DNA from: Amoebidium appalachense
Lineage: Eukaryota; Protista; Ichthyosporea
DNA length: 64,000 nt
Assembly (NCBI GenBank): GCA_963693365.1
Contig: CAVNZM010000009.1
Span: forward strand, 5,276,245-5,340,244
Direction of reading: 5' to 3'
Shown piece after piece: positions 1-12,051 of the stretch. Every line of letters starts with the position of its first letter. Positions within the stretch are counted from its first letter, which is position 1. Below the pieces are notes generated by a model. That model was not told the origin of the DNA, did no database searches, and saw only the letters and a list, made by a program, of their open reading frames with translations. The position numbers and the translations under genes are program-made.

Positions 1-14
1 GTGTTGACTATGAG

Positions 15-1322
15 TTGATTGAGAGCCCTGTCATCCGTCCGGCTGCTCTCCGTGCCATCCTAGCTCTGGCCGTTGTTGAAGGTCATGACATACATCAACT
101 CGACGTGTCTACGGCCTTTCTCAACAGCCCACTCACCGAGACCATCTACATGAAACAACCCCCGGGATTCATCACCATGGCCACACTTGGCAAGGTCTGG
201 AGACTCAAGAAAGCCCTGTACGGCCTCAAGCAAGCCTCCAAGGCTTGGTACGACTTCCTCGACGGCATTCTTCTTGCCCATGGCCTGACCCGTACTAAGA
301 CCGACCCGTGCATCTACCTCCGGTTCTTCCCCAACAACGATGTGGTACGGGCTGGTAACTACGTCGATGACTCCACCATCACCAACACCCGGGGTTCTAC
401 TGCTGCCAGTGACCTGGCTGCCCACATCAGCAAGATGGCCAGCTGTCGTATGAGTCCATTTGACCGTATGCTCGGTGTTGATTTTAATCACTCTGATCCC
501 CATCACCTCCACATGCACCAGAGGTCTTACATCATGGATATCATCCACGACTTCAACCTCACCGATGCCAAGTCCAAGTCTACCCCCATCCCTGCAGGCA
601 CCACCGTCTCCCTGGCTGATTGCCCCCCCCAACCGTTCACCGTGCCCTACCGTGAGTTACTCGGCCGTCTCCTCTGGGTGGCACGGTGCACACGTCCCGA
701 CATTGCCTATGCCATCGGCTTCCTTGGTCGGTTCAGCACCAACCCCGGCAAGACTCACTGGGACCTTCTCCGTCGTGTGGCCCGGTACCTGCTCGGCACC
801 ATTGACCTTGGCATTGACTACAAGTACTCGGCCACCCAGTCCCCCATACTCGAATGCTACACGGATGCTGACTTTGCTGGTTGTGCCGACAGCAAGAAGT
901 CTACCACCGGCTACATTATCGTGTTTGCTGGTATGCCCGTCATCTGGTACTCCAAGCTCCAGCCCATCACGGCCACCAGCACCACTGAAGCTGAGCTGAT
1001 TGCTCTCAATGCTGGCACCCAAGAAGTTGCTTGGGTCCGTGACCTCTTCAAGGAACTCGGCTGTCCCATGCTTGCTCCGACTCCGGTGTACTGTGACAAC
1101 CAGTCGACCATTGCCATCGTCAACTCCACCGGCATCAAGCACCGTACCAAACACATTGCCGTCCGGTATCACAACACCAAGGACTACATTGCCAGTGGGG
1201 ACGTGGTTGTCCACTACGTTGAGTCAGCCCACAACTTAGCTGACATACTCACCAAACCCCTCCCCGGCCCGAGTCATGTCCACCATCGTGCTCGACTTTG
1301 TTTACCGGATATTGTGGATTGA
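15..1322 (+). CDS. Copia Pol C-terminal part: reverse transcriptase + RNase H (5'-partial)
   Basis: Copia motifs QLDVSTAFLN, LKKALYGLKQA, YVDD, YTDADFAG, STTEAE, CDNQS, RTKHI and ADILTKPL lie in one open frame. Confidence 0.95.
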   Translation: MIESPVIRPAALRAILALAVVEGHDIHQLDVSTAFLNSPLTETIYMKQPPGFITMATLGKVWRLKKALYGLKQASKAWYDFLDGILLAHGLTRTKTDPCIYLRFFPNNDVVRAGNYVDDSTITNTRGSTAASDLAAHISKMASCRMSPFDRMLGVDFNHSDPHHLHMHQRSYIMDIIHDFNLTDAKSKSTPIPAGTTVSLADCPPQPFTVPYRELLGRLLWVARCTRPDIAYAIGFLGRFSTNPGKTHWDLLRRVARYLLGTIDLGIDYKYSATQSPILECYTDADFAGCADSKKSTTGYIIVFAGMPVIWYSKLQPITATSTTEAELIALNAGTQEVAWVRDLFKELGCPMLAPTPVYCDNQSTIAIVNSTGIKHRTKHIAVRYHNTKDYIASGDVVVHYVESAHNLADILTKPLPGPSHVHHRARLCLPDIVD

Positions 1323-1756
1323 CCCGACCTACTTCAAGAGTGATTTTCTCATGTGTACTACTTACTTTATCAACATCATTATATCATATGTATTGCCTTT
1401 GTGGGTATGCCCACTTAGGGTTTATATATAAGGTTTGACCTGTACCATCACTCTACTCTATCTTTCACTGGTTTAAAACCCAGTTAATCAAACACCGCCT
1501 ATACACGTTATATATATTCGTTGTTTTTGCCCCGGTTCCTTCCCCCCCCCTCCCCCCCCCCCTTCCCCCCCCCCTTCCCCCCCCCCCTTCCCCCCCCCCC
1601 CCCTCCCCCCCCCCCCTCTCCCCCTCCCCCCCCCCCCCCCCCCCCCCGGGAAAAGTACACACTTTAATTTTTTTTTCCGTTTCTGTTCTCAAGTGGGGAG
1701 ATTTCACTAGTTCAGTGGGGATATGATAACACAAACTTCAAAGTCTTAAGTGGGGA

Positions 1757-2681
1757 TGTTGTAATACGTAGTATTTACATATGGTAAGATCTTCTCAGTT
1801 TGTGTTATGTTTCAGTTCATATGCTTAGTGTAAATGCCACACTCCTATTATGTAAAGTGTAGCATCGATCTCCGATATGCTTGTATACTTGTAATCGTGT
1901 TGTATCGGCTTTAATCGTGTATTGTAATATCGATTAGAATATTTATATGTGTGTACACGGATCCACCCACTCAGGGAGAGACGTGTACATGTTCGTGTGT
2001 ACATAAATATCTCTGGTTATAGTTATGCTATTACTATCTTGTTTGTTGATCTGTGCTCTCTTTTCCTTCCTCTTTCTCCTTCCTTATTTTCTTTTCTTTC
2101 TCTCCTTGTCTTCATGTGTATAATCGTATTTCTTTTCTACTAATATATGTTAGGTAGATTTGTGTTACTTAATACGTGTTCATTGGACGGTAACACACTT
2201 AGGCTACACTTAGAATAGCATGTGTGTTTAGACTTCATTAATTCACTTTAGTTTTCATGTGTTGCCGGGCTTTAACCAATCATCAAGGTTAAGTGTGATA
2301 TGTCTGAGTCTTTGCAGTATGTCATAGGTTAGAACTTCCTTGATGATGACACGAGTTGATCTTAACTAGTGTCTGTGTCCTATCGTGTACGCCTCCGCGT
2401 ACCGGATCTCTCTGAAAGCAATTGGTTCTTAGTGATTGGTTTCTATTAGAGATGGATCTGATTTCCGACTGGTCGGAAATCATGTATGGATTGGACTTAG
2501 AGGAATTTCAGGTATTTATTCGAAGATCAGAATAAATTCAGTTCAGTCGTGTCTAAACATTGATGTCTGTTGTGTACACTGCTCCGATCGTTCCGTGTTT
2601 TGTTGTTGTGTGTGTCTGTGGTGTTTTCACACTGCACCACTGTGTCTCTGCTTACATCCTAAATACTTATAGAAATTAACA
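1757..2681 (+). repeat. 3' LTR of copia A (~925 bp)
   Basis: Starts TGTTGTAATACGT directly after the PPT; the copia B LTR starts TGTTGGAATACGT. Ends TTAACA and has a similar length to the copia B LTR. The right boundary is inferred because the partner LTR is not in the window. Confidence 0.75.
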
Positions 2682-2731
2682 CTTTTTCCCAAAACATGTC
2701 ATAAGCTAAGGTCACGACAATGATTGTTTAT

Positions 2732-2772
<41 letters not shown>

Positions 2773-2875
2773 GCGCGCACACTGACTATGTTTCTCCCAC
2801 CACGTCATACAAACCCTCTGACCCCCCTGTCACCCAGGGTAGTAGTAGGGGGGGGGGGGGGGGGAGGGGGGTGCA

Positions 2876-2967
2876 TTTTGGCCTGCCCGATATTCACCCT
2901 AGACCAGTCCCTGGATTTTAATTAGAGATGACAACACTTTGGCCTGGACGACACTTTGGCCTGCAAC

Positions 2968-3011
<44 letters not shown>

Positions 3012-3862
3012 AACACACACCGTGACACACACACTCACCAATTTGAAAGGCGGAAAAAAAGGGGTCACCCGAGGACAGTGCGTGACAGTTGATGTATCAT
3101 TGTTGTCTTAATATATATCAGGGTTATCGTTATGTAAAACCATGGCGAGTATACCACAGTGGACAGCATTTTGGTATACATGTGACACAAACGGGGTACC
3201 TTCAAGTTGTTGTTACCCTTAAAGTTTTTGTTACCCTCGCCACTGAGTGGTACGGCATGGCAGGGATAACACAAAGGACAATAGATTGGTAGCAGAGTTA
3301 CTGTAGTATACATGTAAATATCCGTGAGAATACATGTAGGATACCAGGTTGTTACCCTCGCCGTAGAGTGGTACCACACGGGCATTGATAACAAAAAGGA
3401 TAATAAAGTGGTATACAGTAAAGAGCCCCAAATGGTATCATCTATTGTTATCGCTGCCACTACGGTATCAGCATGTACACAAGTGCGTACGCCAAAGATT
3501 TAGCCTTTGACATACAAGATGTTACCCAAGTGTTATCTGATGACTAGTACCACAGCTACTGATCCCCGTGTAGCATACTGTGTAACATATGTATTATCCT
3601 GGCGCCTCACCCTAGACCTAACCCTCTGACATAAAGTAATCTCGGCATAAAAGTTCAACATTTTCACACAAACTGCTGTCCCCCGTTTTTACCCCCCAGA
3701 CTCAATCCGGGGAAAATCACAAGGGTTACAAACGGATGCCTAAAGATACGCAGAATATTGCAATTGCCATCTTATAACATACAAGTATTCTATAGGGTTG
3801 GTATGTCGGGATTCCATGGTACCCTCGTATGCCTTAATGTCACCATATTGTTACCCTCGCCT
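2876..3862. repeat. Degenerate repeat region, possible non-autonomous DNA transposon remnant
   Basis: ACACTTTGGCCTG occurs twice in tandem (~2934-2963) with a third TTTGGCCTG near 2877. TCACCCTAGACC occurs at ~2893 and ~3607. TTGTTACCCTCGCC occurs at ~3228, ~3349 and ~3848. Confidence 0.35.
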
Positions 3863-4464
3863 ATATGTTACAATTGTTACAGATATGTAGTACACACAAT
3901 TCATAATATGGTGGCACTATGGTAGGCACAATGTTAACATTGACACTGTGTCACCTTTGGTAACATCTGGGTAACACAATGTATAACCAAAGCTGTTATA
4001 CAGGAATGTACCACTGCCATGATGTTACTAACACGCTATCACGACGTTACCATATCAGTGTACAGGGATAGCATTGAGGTGACATGGTGTGTTATAATAT
4101 TGTAGTATACACGGTTACCAGCGTGTATACCATTGTGTGATGGATAACCTTTTGTATACCAATGTCATCCAAAGTAGCAACAGAACAAAGTGCATCGCAA
4201 TCGAATAGAGAGATACTATGACCACACGTTTAACCACACTGCGGCATGACATGTGGGTGATGTAAAGCACTCACGTGTCGAGTCACGCTGAGTTACCGTT
4301 GTCATCACAGCTTGCTCAACTTAGCGTCACCGTGAACAACGAACCGCTGGAGAGTAGGTATACATGTTGTCAAAGGGGGAGGCACGAGTGGTGTCACCGT
4401 ACTAGTATGTGTGTGCATGTGTGGACCGAGTGGGGCCGGATTGCGCGGGGGCGGGTGCGGGGCC

Positions 4465-4528
<64 letters not shown>

Positions 4529-5696
4529 GGGGAGGGGGAGAGGGAGGGGAGGGAGGGGAGGGAGGGAGAGGGGGGGGGGGGGGGGGGGGGCTATGGATCC
4601 AAAACTTCCGGGAAGATCTATGAACGACGAATGACACGTTGCGTGCGCATCAACCCAAAACATGCACACGTCAGATAGGCACTGCATCAGACTCTGTGCA
4701 CAGCACTAGTAAATATTGCATTTTGCCCACCTCCGGTTTGTGTCGCTGCATCATAATACGGCAAGACAGTGGCATTGTGTGCAAAAGTTATTTGTGCATG
4801 TCAACACTGGACATATTAGTTTTTTTTTTTTTTCAATAGCACTCAGTGTTGGAAAGGGGTTACGTCCAGTACCTTTTTGGATCATCACACAATTCCTCCC
4901 ACGCACTGTGCAGTGTGCGTGCATGTTCTTGTTTGTAGGTCTCTAACCACCCTGAAAGAAATCATAGTCAAAGCACAGGTTGGGGAGAAAAGATGTATGT
5001 AGGAAGAAATAACTCATAGGCATAGGTTTTTGTAAAAAGATAAAAAACTCTACGGCAGGAGTATAGGTTGCACAGGCAAGACATAGCTTGCACTTTTGGT
5101 TGATACTTTCTTGTTCTGCACCATGGTACGTACCGGCCATGGTACCAGAATTCATTCAAGAATCAATCCGCCTTAACAGCAGGATTAACGTCTATATTTG
5201 GCGGCGCATAAACCGTGACCAGCACGAACACCCTAGCCGTGTGTACCAGACACAAATCTACCAAATTATTTCAGTGCTAGCTAGCATCTTATATCAAATG
5301 ATGCAGCTATAAATTAGCAAAATATATATCATTAATCATTTGTCTACTTTCACGTTCATTTTCACCTGGGGGTGTGGTTCGCAATTCGGAAGGCCAAATA
5401 ATCACAGGAGTAATAGAACCAAAATTGAGCGCAAATTACGAAACATTTAAACTCGCCAGTCGACGGTGTAACCATACAATAATCATTCACACAAAAAAGG
5501 AAAAACGTTCATCCAAATTCCCCATCATGTACATATATATTTATACACATAACCATTTAAACATGTATATACACACAACTGTAGAGCACTCATAGGTCTT
5601 TTTTTTTCTTTCGTTTCTTTCTTAAAAAGTCTCCCATTCTTTCTTTCATTCACAAACACCAACGACACACGAACACTTCACCATACGTCATTTCTT

Positions 5697-6384
5697 TCAC
5701 ATAGCCCGAACGCACCTCTCCCTCTGCTCCCTGAGCGCGCGATCAAACGCCTCCGCAAACAAAGTCTCGTTAAGGGCATAATCGGTCTTGTACTTCTTGC
5801 GAATACGGCACCCGTGCTTCTCAGGGCACGTGCTATAATCCGGAATATGACCAACCGTTTCGTGGAAAATTACCTCGAGGGGGTCCATGCCCATAGAGAA
5901 AGGCGACGGCTGCATGTAGCCGGGGGGAGTCCCCCTAGCCTCAAGCACCACCGCGTTGCTCTGGGCCCAAAGCAGGTTCTTTAATTGGGAGCTGTGCGAC
6001 GTGATCATGATGGAGAAGTCGTTAAAGACGCCTATCTGCCGGTCCGACCCGTCCGCGCCACCGACGCTCACGTTCCGGTACGTAAGGCCGTACTTCTCCA
6101 GAACCCTCTTGATGACGTCATAGTTCTGGATACTTCTCTTGCCCGTGCCCTCCAGGCGCTGCAGCACTACTATATTTGGTGTGCCCTCGCAGCTCTGATT
6201 GGTCGACTTATAGCCATATTGAGCAAAGTTCTCCGAGGCAAACTCGCGCCACCTCCGGCCCTGCTCGCGGGTGAACAGGGGAAGCTCCTGTTGCTCAAAG
6301 ACGATCTGCAGAGAGAAGAAACATAGGGTTAGCGTCTGGAGGTTTTGATATACTATGCAAGTTGGTGCAAAAACACATTCTCCC

Positions 6385-6418
<34 letters not shown>

Positions 6419-6987
6419 ACACACACACCCACCCCCACCACCACACACACAGACACGCGCCACAAAACAATAACAATAATAAGAAAAAAATAAATTCTTG
6501 AGTGCCCAAAGGCATCGACGGCATATACACACACGCGCAAGCCGGTCGCACACACACAACCGCAACCCACCTCAATTGCGCGCTGCATGCAGACCATCTT
6601 GTTCGGGTACTGGTCCAGCGAGTCAGCAAAGTAGTGGCCCTCGTAGTTGTTGCCCATAATGGTGTCGGCAAACACCTTCAGGTGGGGGGACTCGGGCCTG
6701 AACTGCCGAGATACAATCTGCTCAAATTTGGGCATACCGGGCTCTGTGTTGAGCACAAACCACTGCATGAAGCGGTTGGTGAGGTGGCCAAAGTGCTCAC
6801 CCAGTGTGGGTGTGTGCAGCCAGAAGCTGTTGCCAGTGACGTACTTGACTGCGTCCTTGTGTAGGTCGGCCTTCGTCAGAACAGTGACCTTAAGGTCCGT
6901 ACCGCCGATCTTGCCTGTGAAGAGAGATAAGGGCACTTCGGTCAACAAAAGAAAATGTTTTAATTTTTATTTTTATATTTTTATTTA

Positions 6988-7021
<34 letters not shown>

Positions 7022-7234
7022 CTTTATTTATTTTTTTTGAAAAAAGGTGAGCTTAGGGTTTAAGTCACGGAGAGGACGAGGGGGAAAAGAGGAAAAGGAG
7101 AAAACGAAGTTCGGCATGTATTCAACAACACAAAAGCTTGAGCAAAAGACTGCCTGCAAATACATACTGCTCTGAGAAGGGGTAAACCACGCACACCCCA
7201 CATCCACGTGCTCATACACCAGACTACCACCTGC

Positions 7235-7296
<62 letters not shown>

Positions 7297-7902
7297 TCAA
7301 CACATACCACGTGTGGCGCGGCACTGGGTCTTGATGGCATCCGAACACCCCTCAACCTTCTTGGTCAGCTTATACGTCTCGGGTTCAAAACAGCACCTGT
7401 TCAGTTCTTGCCTGTGCTGCTCGCTGTCAGCATACCACACGAGCGAGTCCCTCCCAATGCACATGTCCTTCATGATCACCAACTTGATACCAGTTGCACG
7501 GTCCACACCACACGGCTGGGTCATGTTATCAAACGTATAGTATCCCTTCAGGGTGGGTAGCCATGGGCCACCGACGATTTGGCACCCGCTATCGTCGAGC
7601 TCGATCTGCTGGTGTGTGAGAGTAACATGGGAAATATCACTGTGTGCACCGTGCGCAATGTTTCCCTGCGCCAGGTCCCTTTTCTGATACCTGTCCATAG
7701 TATCGTCACCGCCGAACGACAGGTGGATGTTATACTGAATAGGGTTACTAGTGCCTATGAGCATAACGCTTACTGCAAACATGGCAAGGAAAGCAAGGCC
7801 GGGCGTGCCTAACCTCCTCCCCAGGGAACGGATTGGGCTGGTTGTGGCATTGTTCTTCTCCTGCCACCTCCATGGCCGAGTTCTTTGTGATTCAAGGTCC
7901 AT
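5697..7902 (-). CDS. Glycosyltransferase family 61-like (DUF563-like) type II membrane protein, 3 exons (7902-7308, 6914-6571, 6305-5697)
   Basis: Phase-compatible GT-AG introns. N-terminal transmembrane segment (LAFLAMFAVSVMLIG) and an HFGH motif. C-terminal QIGVFNDFSIMITSHSSQLKNLLWA..VVLE resembles the GT61 Q...HGAGLTN...VIE block. Confidence 0.75.
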
Positions 7903-9479
7903 TCTACCTAGCTTCACTATACTATTAATGTCAATTCTATATCAAACAAACAAATACAAATTGCTATGCGCTCATAATACTTGAGTGTGCTAGAAAAAAA
8001 AAAGAAAGTGTCGTGGCTAGTTGACTTTCTTGTCCGTTTTCCACGTTGTGACGAGAGATCCCGAGCTTGTTTGCTTGCTGCTACGACTGGCGGTCTGCCC
8101 GAAGAGGGCCTGTATATGTTATCAGGCAAGATGTTTGACGGTCAAGTGGCTTATATGACTTGGTTGCTGTTAAGTTCTTTAATCGGCCTAAAGTAATTGT
8201 TAAATAGTTAAAAGCGCTTTTCGGCCAATAGATAGATAGAAATGATAGGTTACGGCAAAAGCTCACACCCAGATGACTTGAATTTTTGTGGTCTTTTTCA
8301 TTGGTGGATCTAGATTGGGTTATCTTCCATTGGAGTATCAGTGACCTTATTGCTGATTGGAGATGGACCTGAACTTCTAAAGAGTGCACCGGTTCCCCTA
8401 AACCTAATAGGTTAAAAAAATCTAATCCTTGGAAACGCACCACTATTTTATAAAAGCTCTTTTCGGATACGAAAATGATAAATGACCAAAATTTATGTCT
8501 AATAATTTTTTGTTTCATAAATGTGCTTTTATCCTTCGCTATGGCCGTATATGCGACGAAGTGGTTCTCTTGTAGACCAGTGCTTAGCAACCCAAACTTT
8601 CCCAAAGTCTTTCAATACTCAACGCGGTTTGGGAGGTCTTCACGAAATCTTTTGATTGGATCCGTTACAGCGGCGTCAATTACCGGGAACTCCGCCTTAT
8701 GCCATGGCCCATGGGTGACGTGGTCTATCCCACGCTTCATCAACCTGAGTGCTATCACTGAGCCTATCAGGCCCCCACGAGTTTAATTGCACGTATTTTG
8801 TGATATTTGGATATAATTGACTTTTTTTTTGTTGCTATAAGATAAGAAATGTAAGTAGAATACTTAATTAGCATATGTAGATATCCTGGAATGTGATCGC
8901 TGTGATCCAAAAGATGCACTTGGGGGGCTGACCTGAAACAGTCTCCCTAGCACATAAGATCTGCCTAATTCTAATTTGCGAAATAAAGTAAATACTGGCT
9001 TATTTAGATAATCCTGATATTACGTCTATTGACTATCTGTTGAACCACGGTATGCTTCTTTTGACTGGATTTATATGTTTAATGAGTTTTCCGGGTGTAT
9101 GATTATTTTCTTTTGACTCGGTTTGATTGATCCGTTGATGAAGGCAACGTGCAGCCACAGGCTACATAACCACCAATAGAAATGAAAAAGCCAAAGCTAC
9201 GAAATAAAAATAAAGCGACAAGTGACAAAGGACACCAGCGGGCAAAATTTTAAACCTTGTGTACGTGTATGCATGAAACTAGTTTGCTCCAACTAGTATG
9301 ATTCATCGATGTTGACCAGACCATACTCCGCAAGAAGACATCATTACTGCTGCTTCCCAACAGGCCCCCCTCAAAACCTACCGGGGCACAGCAAGCAAGT
9401 CAGCCTCTAAAAGAGCAATGCAGACCAAATCTGAGCGAAAAAACAATCCCAACGGGCCCGGCCCCTAGATAACCCGGAG

Positions 9480-10025
9480 AAACTGCATCTAGCTCTCTGA
9501 TAAGGTGGCCTAGTTGTGGCAGGACACACAGAAAAACACAATTACAGAATGCATGCAAGCAAACCCGGTCATTGCCATACGACTGGAGGCTAAGGACTGG
9601 CAGTCACTTGGAAAGCTCCCCGACGACCAAGTAGCCGCCCCTCCACTCACGCAGCGCAGAAGTAGCTGAAGAAGTTGCAGCAGCCCACCGCCAATAGGTC
9701 GCGTAGAAGCGTAGACAGCGTGTAGAAGTTACCATAGGTTGCAGTGGACCACCAGGCGTTGAAGAAACCACTTCTCAAGCGAGAAACTCCGCGAAAGGGA
9801 GATGCCCCCACACTCTCACAGCAGTAGGAATACACCAGGCCACACCACACACACGCTGCAGTCACGTTCCCCTGAGTGGGACTCCAATGATTTAAGTCGT
9901 TTTCTCCTCCGTATCCGAGAGTGAGGGCTTTTGTATTTTTCTTCTCCGAGATATCGGTGATATCTCGATGGCTTCTATTTTGCTGAGCATATCAATAAAG
10001 TCATTATAAAAAAAAAAAAAAAAAA
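9480..10025 (+). mobile_element. Degraded 5'-truncated non-LTR retrotransposon 3' end with poly(A) tail
   Basis: Broken frames give LIRW-PSCGRTH...ITECM, a LINE C-terminal Cys/His remnant. A perfect 9-bp-arm hairpin lies at 9947-9967, AATAAA at 9994-9999, and A18 at 10008-10025. The 5' boundary is uncertain. Confidence 0.5.
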
Positions 10026-10144
10026 GTAAATAGCCTCATCTGAAATTGTCAGGCCAAGAAATATCAGTCAAAACCCAATATTACCGCATAAAAAAGACAT
10101 AAGAAATCTAAAATGTAATTCATATTTGTGTTGGTTGGTGGGTT

Positions 10145-10626
10145 TACACACTTTTTATTGCGTGGACACTGCCGGAGGCCCAGCCACATTCGACGGCCTA
10201 CTGCGTTTTCCAGCACAGCCAATCAAATGCAGCCAGTGACATATGTACATGCTAGGCAACAATGAGCGCCATCGTAGTATCTGACACCCCTATTACATAT
10301 TATGGGTAAGCAGAGGCTAGCATCGGTAGCTCCGAAAGAAAGTTAAGGCACCGGATCACAATATCATACTGTGCAGCATTAATAAGGTGATCTAGGATAG
10401 TCATCTTAAAACGGATATATTGAGGAAGAGAGGAAGAATTCGAAAAGAGAATAAAACCGCCAATAACCTCCGGTTCTAATACATTAGCTAACAGGTTGCA
10501 TTTATTGATAGATATGCAGCCGCGAGTAAACCGCCCCCCACACATGTTACACATACGAGCAGGAGACACCAGAAACCGATTACACCGCCAAGCCATAATC
10601 ATCTTTGCGTTTTTACACCACACCAC
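10145..10626 (-). mobile_element. LINE ORF2 C-terminal fragment (5'-truncated)
   Basis: ORF 10300-10626 reads AWRCN...CNMCGGRFTRGC...KC...TILDHLIN. This matches the C-terminus of the LINE at 22450-22709 (WRCN...CHFC...FNCKHVDRC...TTLDFSLN). AATAAA follows on the minus strand near 10155. Confidence 0.7.
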
Positions 10627-11399
10627 ATAGTGTTGGTGTTTGTAGTTGTTTCATGACTTAGATTCTATATACGTTGAACATAATTATGTTCCGCAATGGG
10701 CTATTGAACACACACCCACATTTAGTGAGTCACGGTGACACTGCCGGCCCCATTGCCCACGCACGTGTTACCGGATCAACATCACATGGCATTTACTGTA
10801 CACTTTTTTTACACATACTGCCAGAGAACGGGCCATGGGTGCCGCATGTAGTGTATAATAATGTAATAACTACTATCATATTATGTATTATCTATAAATG
10901 TGCATGAAACCTGTGTGGCCGTGCACATCTCGCTGACATTAAATATTCTGCTATTATTAGTCTATTTTCATGTTTCCTTACAGAAGGAACAAGGGTAATG
11001 CACACGGTCCAGGAGGGGTTGCATGGGTAGTTCTTCCCTCTCCCGTCTCCCCTCTACCCCCTCCCCCCTCCCCCCTCCCCTCTCCCCTCTCCCCCTCCCC
11101 TCTCGCTTCTCCCCTCTCCCCTCTCCCCTCCCCCCTCGGACCGGATCCCCTCTCCGATCCCTTCCCCCCTCTCCCTCTCCCCTCCCCCCTCTCCCCCCTC
11201 CCCCCTCCCCCCTCCCCCCTCCCCCCTCCCCTCTCCCCCTCTCCCCTCGCCCCTCTCCCCTCTCCCCTCTCCTCCCTTGCCTCTCCCCTCTCCCCGCCCC
11301 CCTCCCCCCTCCCCCCCCCCTCTCTCACACTCTCTCTCTCCGCTACCCGCCCCTTCCCCTCCCCCCTTCTCTTAGACAAACAGATACATAGATATGGTG

Positions 11400-12051
11400 T
11401 TTGTGTTTCAGCTCATGAGTATTTCTGATCCAATTTCCCCCCCCCCTTATAACTGACCCGAAGTTTTAACCAGGAGCGAAAGAGGTTTGCCCACCCCGGC
11501 CGGCCGTACGTCTACTGCATGTACGGCAACGAGTCCCCTGTGGGGCCAGTAAAAGGTAACCTCTGAACCAGCTCCCTCGACCCTATTCATCTTCCCCTCT
11601 ACCGAAAATCCTTGCTCTGGTGTTATTAGCCAAACCACCATAATGAAACATGCCTGAACGTAATTGTTATCTCTCCTGGGGACCCCCCCCCCCCCCCCTC
11701 CCGGGTCTTCCCAGTTTATTTTGATTATAGGTGGGTTTTTTGGCATTCCTGTGATTTTTGAATTGCATGGACACGAGGGGGAGGAGAAGTGGGGGGAGGG
11801 GGGGAAGGGGAGCGGGGTTTTAGAAGTTTGAAACCCTTTTATTACACTGGGGGGGGGGGGGGGGTGGAATTGGGTAATGCAAATGGTTCATTTCTTTAGG
11901 GGGGGGGGGGGGGGGTCACGGTGGGGGGGGGGAAGATTAGTAGAAGGTTACTGGAAGATCAATAGAAGATCAATAGGTTCATATACATTAAGGAATTGGG
12001 CACAGGGTGCACCCACGAGGTGATGTATCTTTATCACTGTGACAACGTCAT
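11400..12051 (+). pseudogene. Inverted duplicated fragment of the NFRKB gene (copies of two consecutive exons, 11474-11555 and 12006-~12051, with flanking intron)
   Basis: 11474-11555 translates as ERKRFAHPGRPYVYCMYGNESPVGPVK versus ERERFAHPDRPYIYRMHGYESPVGPVK for exon 30177-30096. Both are 82 nt with the same splice sites and ACTGACCCG branch context. 12006 onward matches exon 29439-29378 (GCTHEVM versus GCTPEVM). Confidence 0.88.

Larger units (their letters stand above)
1..2681 (+). mobile_element. Ty1/copia LTR retrotransposon A, 3' part (5' part lies outside the window)
   Basis: RT/RNase H ORF to 1322, then a 3' UTR, PPT AAGTGGGGA ending at 1756, and a TGTT...AACA-bounded LTR-like segment at 1757-2681. 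Confidence 0.9.

Noticed and set aside
60-1239. Overlapping alternative-frame and antisense ORFs within copia pol (also 15282-17951)
   Set aside because: Shadow ORFs expected from the C-rich third-position codon bias of pol.
4380-4710. Possible Helitron 3' ends (weak hairpin + CTAGT at ~4402 and ~4706)
   Set aside because: The stems are short or imperfect, and no 5' TC end or Rep/helicase sequence was found.
8081-8786. 174-aa minus and 103-aa plus ORFs upstream of the glycosyltransferase
   Set aside because: No recognisable motif or splice structure. Possibly decayed TE sequence, but unsupported.
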